Assembly: GCA_017442445.1 (NCBI GenBank)
Contig: JAFRZS010000042.1
Location: forward strand, 1-34,777
Length of the DNA stretch: 34,777 nucleotides
Direction: 5' to 3'
Source: Clostridia bacterium
GTDB taxonomy: Bacteria > Bacillota > Clostridia > Oscillospirales > Acutalibacteraceae
The notes beneath the pieces are model-generated. The model was not told the origin of the DNA. It ran no database searches and was given only the letters and a program-made list of their open reading frames with translations. The translations under genes were made by a program, and so were the position numbers. Of this stretch, positions 1 to 7,447 are shown in pieces (positions within the stretch are counted from its first letter, which is position 1; each line of letters begins with the position of its first letter).

Positions 1-246
1 TAAAAAAAGCGAAGACCGTATAAAACCGCATAGAATAAGGGGTTCTGCAGGTGTAAAAGCCTACAAGAACCCCATAAACATGCATATAATATCAAAAACT
101 GTAAAGTATTATGTTTTATACTACGAACAAACCTCACCGCTTGGGCGTCTTTGTACGCCTTCGGGCATACAAAATCAAGGCTGAAGCCTTGATTTCGCTC
201 GGTTTGTCCGTTCTTCATCTTTTTTTCCTATCCCCCTTAAGACTGA

Positions 247-275
247 GCTGTAAAAAAAATTCGTTTTTTTACAGC
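247..275 (+). terminator. A/T-tract hairpin, putative terminator closing the upstream structured intergenic element
   Basis: GCTGTAAAAAAA (247-258) pairs perfectly with TTTTTTTACAGC (264-275) around a 4-5 nt loop. The T-run lies inside the stem rather than after it. Confidence 0.45.
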
Positions 276-308
276 CTCTTAGTTTTTAAAAAGAATTTTA
301 TTTAATTG

Positions 309-337
309 TTGATTTATGAATTTTTTTGTGTTATTCT
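309..337 (+). promoter_or_regulatory. sigmaA-type promoter for the 398 oxidoreductase gene
   Basis: TTGATT (309-314), 17-nt spacer, TGt-TATTCT extended -10 (329-337). Confidence 0.4.
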
Positions 338-397
338 ATTAGAGCTGAGTATTTTGATATATCAGCAGACTAATTTTTTGCAGGAGATACTTTTATT

Positions 398-1684
398 ATG
401 AAACAGTTTACCGCAATAGTTATCGGTGCAGGCAGCAGAGGTTCAACCTACACAAATAAAATGGCAGAGATGCCTGAAAAGTTCAAGGTTATCGGTGTTG
501 CAGAGCCTATTGATGACAGAAGAAATTACATAAAAGATAAGCATAATATTGCAGATGAGCATTGTTTTGATACATGGGAGAAAATTTTAGATATCCCTAA
601 ATTTGCAGATGTTGCAATTATTGCAACAATGGACAGAATGCACACAGAACCCGCAATCAAGGCTATGGAGTTAGGTTATGATCTTTTACTTGAAAAACCT
701 GCAGCTCCCACACCTGAGGAGTGTGCACTCATTATGAAAAAGGCTGAAGAATACGGCAGAAAGGTACTTGTTTGTCACGTTCTTCGTTACACATCATTCT
801 TCAAATCACTTAAAAAGATTCTTGATGACGGTGTTATCGGTGAAGTTATAAATGTTGAGCATATTGAAGCAGTCGGTTATAAGCATCAGAGCCACAGCTT
901 TGTAAGAGGTAACTGGGGCAACGAGGAGAGAAGCTCCTTTATGCTTTTACAGAAGTGCTGTCATGACCTTGATATTCTTCAGTGGTTGCTTGATAAGAAG
1001 TGTGAAAGAATACAGTCCTTTGGTTCATGCAGACATTTCCGTGAGGAAAATGCTCCCGAGGGTTCACCTGATTATTGCATCGAGGGTTGTCCGGTTGGCG
1101 AAACCTGCTACTACAACGCAATGAAGCTTTATTATGACGATAAAAATAACGGTTGGTTCCGCGGCGCAGCAACAGGTAAGACAGTACCGAAAGATTGCGA
1201 TGTTCTCAAGGCATTGAGAGAAACACAGTACGGCAAATGTGTCTACAAGTGTGATAATGATGTTGTTGACCATCAGACAGTCAATATGGAATTTGAAGGC
1301 GGTCTTACAGTTGTTATGACTATGAGTGCTTTCACAAGAGGCGGAAGAAGACTCAGAATTATGGGAACAAAGGGTGAGCTTGTTGCAAATATGAGTATGC
1401 CCTCTGATCAGGCTTTTTGCTTATTCTCATTCGACACAAACGAAACTACACACATTAATGCAGACTATGCTAATGTAGGCGACAGCATCACAGGCGGTCA
1501 CGGCGGCGGAGACCAGGGAATTATCGCGGACCTTTACAGATACCTTACAGGAGAGCTTGATGCTGAAGATGTAAGTGAAATCGGTATTTCATGCCAGAAT
1601 CATATGTTGGCATTTGCTGCTGAAGATTCACGCAGAAACGGCACAGTTGTTTCACTTAAAGAGTATATGGAAAAATATATGTAA
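398..1684 (+). CDS. Gfo/Idh/MocA family NAD(P)-dependent oxidoreductase, long (428 aa) form with Cys-rich insert
   Basis: AGGAGA lies 10 nt upstream of the ATG. N-terminal Rossmann motif IGAGSRG and the family-typical EKP motif (LLLEKP) are present. A Cys cluster (C211, C227, C231, C237, C281, C285) sits in the C-terminal domain. Confidence 0.9.
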   Translation: MKQFTAIVIGAGSRGSTYTNKMAEMPEKFKVIGVAEPIDDRRNYIKDKHNIADEHCFDTWEKILDIPKFADVAIIATMDRMHTEPAIKAMELGYDLLLEKPAAPTPEECALIMKKAEEYGRKVLVCHVLRYTSFFKSLKKILDDGVIGEVINVEHIEAVGYKHQSHSFVRGNWGNEERSSFMLLQKCCHDLDILQWLLDKKCERIQSFGSCRHFREENAPEGSPDYCIEGCPVGETCYYNAMKLYYDDKNNGWFRGAATGKTVPKDCDVLKALRETQYGKCVYKCDNDVVDHQTVNMEFEGGLTVVMTMSAFTRGGRRLRIMGTKGELVANMSMPSDQAFCLFSFDTNETTHINADYANVGDSITGGHGGGDQGIIADLYRYLTGELDAEDVSEIGISCQNHMLAFAAEDSRRNGTVVSLKEYMEKYM

Positions 1685-1692
1685 TACACAGC

Positions 1693-1724
1693 AAACGGCA
1701 GTTGGTGACAGCTGCCGTTTTTTT
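1693..1724 (+). terminator. rho-independent terminator
   Basis: AAACGGCAG / CTGCCGTTT stem followed by a T-run, directly after the 1684 stop. Confidence 0.7.
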
Positions 1725-1780
1725 GATATGCTTTGCTTTTTGTTATTGTTTATGATATAATTCTTATCAGAGGTGATATT

Positions 1781-2758
1781 ATGGAAAAATATCTCATACA
1801 CGATTTTGAAACCTGCACAAGAGAGCCGATTTTAAGAAAAATGAAAGACGGAAGTCTTATCTGTATGTTTCTGACAGGCGGAAAAGAAGAACCGCTTAAC
1901 GAAAATTATGTTGCAGTATCACGCAGTTACGATGACGGAAAAACCTGGAGTGAACCTGAAGCGCTTTTTGACCACAAGATAAGAGGTGTGTGGTGTACTG
2001 AAATATTCACAGGTGACGAAAATCCTTTTGCTGTGGTTCATACATATAACGCAAACTGTTGGTACAGAGAATTGCATACATTTATTTCTGTAACAAAGGA
2101 CAACGGAAAAACATGGTCGGAGCCTTTGAATTTTCCCGGTCTGGTAGGCGGTTGTTCGTTAAGACAGGCTATCACACTTTCAAACGGAGATACCCTTATT
2201 CCTCTTTATTGGCAGGAGTCTTTGGGTAAATTTGATTGGTCAGGCGGAAAAGGCTGGGATAATTTATTTTTCAGAACAGGTGTCGGTATTCGTCCCAAGG
2301 GAAAAGATCACTGGGAAAGATACGGTTACATCGCAAGTGATGAACGCTCACTTTGGGAGCCTAATGCGGTTGAGCTTGAAGACGGTCATATAATCATGTA
2401 TATCCGTTCTGATATCGGATATCTTCAGTATGTTGAAAGCTTTGATTACGGCAGAACTTGGACAGAACTCAAAAAGCTTGACATCAAGCACTCGGATTCA
2501 AAAATCACTTGCCTTAAAGTCAAAGGTAAAGTGCTTATGTTCAATAATGCAGTTGAATCGGGCCGTACACATCTTGAAATGTCAATAAGCGAAGACGGAC
2601 TTGATTTCAAGCATGTATGCTATCTTGAAGATGAAAATGAAAGCTTCTTCTATCCGCATCCTTGCTGTGATGACGAAACGGAAACTTTATATGTTGCCTA
2701 CGAGAACAGAAGACAGCATTATCTGAAAAAATTTACCTATGAAGAAATAGGATTATAA
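1781..2758 (+). CDS. BNR (Asp-box) repeat / sialidase-fold beta-propeller protein, cytoplasmic (325 aa)
   Basis: Three Asp-box motifs of the SxDxGxTW type: SYDDGKTWS, TKDNGKTWS, SFDYGRTWT. Start moved to ATG 1781, which has GAGGTGA 5 nt upstream; the track start at 1733 has no RBS. No signal peptide. Confidence 0.8.
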   Translation: MEKYLIHDFETCTREPILRKMKDGSLICMFLTGGKEEPLNENYVAVSRSYDDGKTWSEPEALFDHKIRGVWCTEIFTGDENPFAVVHTYNANCWYRELHTFISVTKDNGKTWSEPLNFPGLVGGCSLRQAITLSNGDTLIPLYWQESLGKFDWSGGKGWDNLFFRTGVGIRPKGKDHWERYGYIASDERSLWEPNAVELEDGHIIMYIRSDIGYLQYVESFDYGRTWTELKKLDIKHSDSKITCLKVKGKVLMFNNAVESGRTHLEMSISEDGLDFKHVCYLEDENESFFYPHPCCDDETETLYVAYENRRQHYLKKFTYEEIGL

Positions 2759-2770
2759 AAGGTGTTTTTG

Positions 2771-3973
2771 ATGAAAAAGATATTTAGTTTATTATTAGCG
2801 GTTTTAACAGTTTTTACATTTGCTGTCCCTGTCGAAGCAAAGGCTCAGAAAGAACTTACCTTTAATGCAGACGGAGAGTTTACCGTTTTGCAGATAAGCG
2901 ACCCTCAGGACGATCAATATATTGCATATGAGCTTGTGCATTTTATTGACCTGGCTATAAAGGAAACTAATCCCGATCTTATTGTTTTCACAGGCGATAT
3001 TGTTGAAGACAATATTGACGGCAAAGACGGAGTTGACGAAGAAGACGGACGCGAGGGAGTTGTGGTTGAGGGTGACTATGAAAAAACTCTTGCGAATGTA
3101 AAAGCAGTTTGTGATGCGGTTTTTTCTTCGGCTGAGAAAGCGGATATTCCGTTTGCTGTTGCTCAGGGAAACAATGACTATAAAAGCACAGTTACTGCAG
3201 AGGATTGGCTGAAGATATATGCTTCTTACGAAAACTGTCTTGTCAGCGATGAGAGTGAAGATTCTTCATCAAGAATTGACTACAATCTTGAAATTAAATC
3301 TTCAGACGGAAAAACAGCTTTTAACATCTGGATTATGGACACAGGTGCAGATACCGTTACAAAAGAACAGATTGAATGGTATAAGGCTGAAAGCAATAAG
3401 CTTAAAAATTCAAATTCAGGAGAAATTGTACCGTCAATTCTTTTTCAGCATATACAGACAGATGATGTGGGAAATCTCTTTGAAGAATGTGAATCATGGC
3501 ATAAGAATGCAAGACAAAAAGGCGGTAAATATTACAGATTAAATTCTGATGTAGCTGAAGGCTATTTTAAAAATGTCAGCTTCCCGGGCTTTACAAGCGA
3601 TCAGTTCAGAGCGTGGAAAGAACAGGGTGATGTTCTCGGTGCATATTTCGGTCATCAGCATCAGGACGGATATACCGGAACTTATGATTCAATTGAGCTC
3701 GGACTTACATACGGTTGCCAATTTGCAAAGGACGGCCCGTACGGAATAAGGGTGTTTACATTTTACGAAGACAACATAAAAGAATATAGTAACGACCTTT
3801 ATACATACGAGGGAAGTGTGTTAAAAGGAAATGCAAGATTTGAACTGCAGACAAACGAAAGCGGCTTTGAAAAGTTTCTTGATAAAGCAGAGGCTTTTAT
3901 TGCGAAGGTATATGTAGTGATTAAAATGATATGGAGTTGTATCGTGGAAATCAAAAACTTTTTAAACATCTGA
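2771..3973 (+). CDS. secreted calcineurin-like metallophosphoesterase
   Basis: Signal peptide MKKIFSLLLAVLTVFTFAVPVEA|KA. MPE motifs are present in order: ISDPQ (variant of DxH), GDIVED (GDxxD), GNNDY (variant of GNHD/E), FQH, GHQHQ (GHxH). AAGGTG RBS precedes ATG 2771. Confidence 0.8.
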   Translation: MKKIFSLLLAVLTVFTFAVPVEAKAQKELTFNADGEFTVLQISDPQDDQYIAYELVHFIDLAIKETNPDLIVFTGDIVEDNIDGKDGVDEEDGREGVVVEGDYEKTLANVKAVCDAVFSSAEKADIPFAVAQGNNDYKSTVTAEDWLKIYASYENCLVSDESEDSSSRIDYNLEIKSSDGKTAFNIWIMDTGADTVTKEQIEWYKAESNKLKNSNSGEIVPSILFQHIQTDDVGNLFEECESWHKNARQKGGKYYRLNSDVAEGYFKNVSFPGFTSDQFRAWKEQGDVLGAYFGHQHQDGYTGTYDSIELGLTYGCQFAKDGPYGIRVFTFYEDNIKEYSNDLYTYEGSVLKGNARFELQTNESGFEKFLDKAEAFIAKVYVVIKMIWSCIVEIKNFLNI

Positions 3974-3983
3974 TGATAAAAAA

Positions 3984-4013
3984 CGGCTGTAAAACCTCAA
4001 GGTTTTACAGCCG
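3984..4013. terminator. bidirectional terminator between convergent genes
   Basis: CGGCTGTAAAACC / GGTTTTACAGCCG 13-bp stem with a TCAA loop. It is flanked by A-run and T-containing sequence on both sides. Confidence 0.75.
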
Positions 4014-4021
4014 ACATTATT

Positions 4022-5095
4022 TTAAATTTCAACCGATAACGGATTTTCTGCATGAACATGTTCAATAACGCTGATTACCATAGCTGCCTGTTCGGGAGTT
4101 ACTTCCATAGGCTTGTCTTCTGTGATTGCATAGTACATCATCTCATAAAATCTCTGTGTTCCTACAGTAAAAGCGGAGCCCTGAAATTCGCCCGATTCCT
4201 CGTGAGTTTTAAGCTCTTCTTTGCAGTAAAGAGGTAAGCCTTCATCAGTTCTGAGTGTTTCAAGCTGAACCTCGTGCTCAGGATTTTCGCCTTCAACAAG
4301 ATATTTCATTTCGTAAGCACAGTCGCTTGATTTATAGCAACCCTTTGTGCCGAGAATTTTGAATACGGGAGCAGGGTAAGCGTCGTCTGAACAAATCTCA
4401 ATGTCAATTACGGGTTTGTGCGGTGCTGTCATAACGATTTTTGCATAGTCGTCAGCATCACCGCTTGTGAGAGTACGGCCGAGGCGTGAGAATACAACCT
4501 CAAAATCAGGGTCAAAATCAAGAAAAGCGAGAGCGAATCCGATGGGGTGAGGGCCTGTGTTATAAACACTTCCGCCCATTTTAAGCTGTGTTGTCTGCCA
4601 GTCCCATCTTCTCTGGAATCCGCTGTAAGTAATATCAATCTGTTTGATTTCACCGAGCTTACCGCTTGCGATTGCTTCTTTTGCACCGTCAAAGAAAGGT
4701 GCGAGAAGTGACTGCTGGAATACGCCTAATTTTACATTGTTTTCTTTTGCAATTCTGATAAGCTTATCACACTCATATCTGTTTCTTGCGAAGGGTTTTT
4801 CAACAACAACATTCTTGCCGTTTTTGAGTAAGTTTTTTGTGATTTCATAGTGGTCACATGAATATGTTGCGTTGACGACAAGGTCAATATCGTCTCTTTT
4901 ATAAAGTTCGGTATAGTCTGAGTATGTATCACAACCGGGATATTCCTCGGCGGCGCGAAGACGCCTTTCTTCGTCAATCTCAACTACCGCGGCAACATCA
5001 AAAAGATGATTTCTCATTTCATTTTTGAAATGTCTGCCGTGGATATCGCGACCGCTTCGTCCTTGTCCTATAATTGCAACTTTTAATTTTTCCAT
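4022..5095 (-). CDS. Gfo/Idh/MocA family oxidoreductase (357 aa)
   Basis: Rossmann motif VAIIGQGRSGR and EKP motif (VVVEKPFA). AGGAGG RBS lies in the 15-nt gap after the upstream gene's stop, so the two are co-transcribed. Confidence 0.9.
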   Translation of the reverse strand: MEKLKVAIIGQGRSGRDIHGRHFKNEMRNHLFDVAAVVEIDEERRLRAAEEYPGCDTYSDYTELYKRDDIDLVVNATYSCDHYEITKNLLKNGKNVVVEKPFARNRYECDKLIRIAKENNVKLGVFQQSLLAPFFDGAKEAIASGKLGEIKQIDITYSGFQRRWDWQTTQLKMGGSVYNTGPHPIGFALAFLDFDPDFEVVFSRLGRTLTSGDADDYAKIVMTAPHKPVIDIEICSDDAYPAPVFKILGTKGCYKSSDCAYEMKYLVEGENPEHEVQLETLRTDEGLPLYCKEELKTHEESGEFQGSAFTVGTQRFYEMMYYAITEDKPMEVTPEQAAMVISVIEHVHAENPLSVEI

Positions 5096-5110
5096 AACTG
5101 TTTCCTCCTG

Positions 5111-6988
5111 TTATTTAATAAGTTCAAATCCCGCAAAACTGAAAGCGGGAATATCGTCAAGTTTAACTTTATCACCTGATAAAACACCGCCGCCTTGTAT
5201 GAATTTAATCTGACTGTAATTTTCAGCTAATTCAACAACAGGTTCAATTGCAACATCGGCAAAGAAATTCCAAAGACCGACGGAAAGTGAATTTTCATTT
5301 TCCTTGCATTGAATATACATAGCGGGGTGTCCGTAGGTATATGCGGGTAATTTTTTACCGCTGAACCATTCGACAGCATCGGCAAACTGACGGCTTCTTT
5401 CATAATGCCTTAAGAGGTTTGAATTCATCTGATCTCTTGAATTTATATTAAGCACCAAAAATCTGTTTCCGTCTGCGTTTTCATAGCGGTAGGAAACAGG
5501 AAGAACACCGACAGATGTTTCAATATCAGAAAGAATTTCTGCGCTTTCCTTTAATTTAATGTTATAAACAGCGGTTTGTAGGGCGCTTATATTATTATCG
5601 TTATATAAAAAATGTTCTCTGAGACCGTCTTTAATTTTTTCTCCGATGCTTTCAATACCGACATCAATTCCTCTCTCAGAAAGAATTTCTGTAGCGGCAA
5701 GGTCAAGAATCAAGCCGTTTTCAACTGCGGAGAGAGGGATATGTCTTGCGTTTTCATCAAAAACCATACCGCAGATACCTTCACCATCATAAACAGTGGG
5801 GATTGTATTGAAGGCAGCTGTACGAGCAGCTTTTGAGAAGAACATATTTTCGGGATTGACAGTTGAATTTACCTTTGTCGGCACAACCAAGTCGGAAAGC
5901 TTTGCAGGAGCTTCGTAAATTCTGACACCACAGCTTTTTTTATTTCCGAAAATTTCATCAATGTTTTTGTATAGCTGACGGTTTCTTTCGTGGAAAAGAG
6001 CATAACCTTCTTCGTAATCTCTGTTTGAATGATAGTCAATGCCGTATTTTAAAATTCCGTCAGTGCAACCTGCAGCTCTCAATGCAGTATCAAAGCCCTC
6101 AACATAACTTGCAGGACAGTTGGTTCTCGGACGCGGGAAAGAGTCACCTTCCGAGAAAATCTCAATTTCATCGTCGCGAGTCCATGAACTTTCCATTCGT
6201 TCAAATTCAATAACATCCTGAAGGCTGTTGCCCCAGCGGTTTCCGACAGCCCAATAGGGCGCACCGATAAGACGGACGAAGGGTTTTGTTTTACCGGCAA
6301 GAATATGGGCAAGTTCGTTTGCGCTGACACCGTCTAAATCCCATGATGTCATACAAGCACAGGCCCCGATTCTGATATCGGGATTTATTTCGTCAACAGT
6401 ATTTCTTAGCTCCCGTGCAAAATTCCTGAAAGCATCGCCGTTTGCTTTTATATAAGCATCTCTGTATTTATTTTTACCGCCGTTTTTTATATGAAATTCC
6501 AATTCCTCACGGGTGGAATTTTCACCTGTAATTTTATTGATTTCAGCAATATGATTATCGCAAAGACAGGCAGGGGAATCGTATAAAAATCCGTAACGGA
6601 AATCGTCATCAAACATAATAAGGTCAACACCGCACAAAGCAATATCTTTAACATAACCTTTTACAAACTCAACAAAATTTTTATCAAGAGGACATTTCAC
6701 ATCAGGGATATCTTTTCCGCCGATAGTTTTCATGTTGATAAAATTATCAGCCTTGGGAGTTTTAAAAGTCCAGTTCCATGAACCGACTTCAAATCCGTTT
6801 TCTTTCAGAAAAGATACATTTCTTTTGAGAGTTTCCATAACAACTTTTCGTTTTTCTGTGTCGGTTTCGTAAGTGCTGATTGAAAGAAAAACTCGCTCGG
6901 CATCAAACCTTTTGAGGTCTTTTACTGTTCTTTCTCTGCCGAGTTCTTCAAGATTACGGCTGACTACAGGTACTGAGATTTTATACAT
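5111..6988 (-). CDS. hypothetical protein (625 aa), possibly a TIM-barrel glycosidase-like fold; family not recognisable by eye
   Basis: Long uninterrupted ORF. Start set to the ATG at 6988 (MYKISVPV...), which has GGAGG 7 nt upstream. The track ATG at 7018 lies inside the predicted -10 box. No signal peptide or TM segment. Confidence 0.8.
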   Translation of the reverse strand: MYKISVPVVSRNLEELGRERTVKDLKRFDAERVFLSISTYETDTEKRKVVMETLKRNVSFLKENGFEVGSWNWTFKTPKADNFINMKTIGGKDIPDVKCPLDKNFVEFVKGYVKDIALCGVDLIMFDDDFRYGFLYDSPACLCDNHIAEINKITGENSTREELEFHIKNGGKNKYRDAYIKANGDAFRNFARELRNTVDEINPDIRIGACACMTSWDLDGVSANELAHILAGKTKPFVRLIGAPYWAVGNRWGNSLQDVIEFERMESSWTRDDEIEIFSEGDSFPRPRTNCPASYVEGFDTALRAAGCTDGILKYGIDYHSNRDYEEGYALFHERNRQLYKNIDEIFGNKKSCGVRIYEAPAKLSDLVVPTKVNSTVNPENMFFSKAARTAAFNTIPTVYDGEGICGMVFDENARHIPLSAVENGLILDLAATEILSERGIDVGIESIGEKIKDGLREHFLYNDNNISALQTAVYNIKLKESAEILSDIETSVGVLPVSYRYENADGNRFLVLNINSRDQMNSNLLRHYERSRQFADAVEWFSGKKLPAYTYGHPAMYIQCKENENSLSVGLWNFFADVAIEPVVELAENYSQIKFIQGGGVLSGDKVKLDDIPAFSFAGFELIK

Positions 6989-7016
6989 ATAAATACCTCC
7001 ACATCTTCCTGAAAAC

Positions 7017-7045
7017 ATTTTAGTCCTAAAAGTTTTTTAAGTCAA
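7017..7045 (-). promoter_or_regulatory. sigmaA-type promoter of the 6988-4022 operon
   Basis: On the minus strand: TTGACT (7045-7040), 17-nt spacer, TAAAAT (7022-7017). Confidence 0.55.
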
Positions 7046-7129
7046 TGATTTTTAATGATTTAATAAAAATTGAAAGTACTGTTTTCGGGACTTTGGAAAG
7101 AAAAACAAAAATTTTTCAAAAAACAACTC

Positions 7130-7157
7130 TTGATGTTTTTTAAAAAAGTAATATACT
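7130..7157 (+). promoter_or_regulatory. possible promoter for the miniprotein gene
   Basis: TTGATG (7130-7135), 16-nt spacer, TATACT (7152-7157). Confidence 0.35.
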
Positions 7158-7186
7158 TAAAGTAAAGAAATAAAGGAGGAAAAAGC

Positions 7187-7342
7187 ATGAAAGGTATATT
7201 CGGTGATTTATTTGATTTTAACGGCGACGGTAAGCTTGACGCTTTTGAAAAAGCTGCAGAATTTGCTGCGTTCATGAATCTGATTGAGGAAGATGAAGAT
7301 GATAACGATGAAGATATAGATTTTGATGAAGATGAGTTTTAA
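7187..7342 (+). CDS. 51-aa acidic miniprotein with a single canonical EF-hand Ca-binding loop (not in the ORF track)
   Basis: AAAGGAGGA RBS 6-7 nt upstream of ATG 7187. Translation: MKGIFGDLFDFNGDGKLDAFEKAAEFAAFMNLIEEDEDDNDEDIDFDEDEF. Residues 10-21 (DFNGDGKLDAFE) match the 12-residue EF-hand loop D-x-N-x-D-G-x-(ILV)-D-x-x-E. Confidence 0.6.
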   Translation: MKGIFGDLFDFNGDGKLDAFEKAAEFAAFMNLIEEDEDDNDEDIDFDEDEF

Positions 7343-7351
7343 AATTTTAAT

Positions 7352-7380
7352 TTGACACAAATCAAAACTATTGGTATAAT
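7352..7380 (+). promoter_or_regulatory. consensus sigmaA promoter for the lipoprotein gene
   Basis: TTGACA (7352-7357), exactly 17 nt, TATAAT (7375-7380). Both hexamers are perfect. Confidence 0.7.
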
Positions 7381-7447
7381 CTTCTCGAAAGTGAAGAGGA
7401 TTACACTTTTTATAATACCGACAGATTTTTGATTGAGGTGTAATATT

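Noticed and set aside
111-305. 64-aa ORF in the first intergenic region
   Set aside because: It has no RBS and an implausible hydrophobic, low-complexity translation. It spans several strong RNA hairpins, so it is better explained as non-coding structured sequence.
1733-1780. Longer N-terminal extensions offered by the ORF track (1733, 2762, 7018, 7433, 15464, 17671, 18174, 29845, 34731)
   Set aside because: In each case a downstream ATG or GTG has a proper GGAGG-type RBS at 5-10 nt. For 7018, 15464 and 34731 the upstream start lies inside a predicted promoter element. The extensions also add residues not shared with family N-termini.
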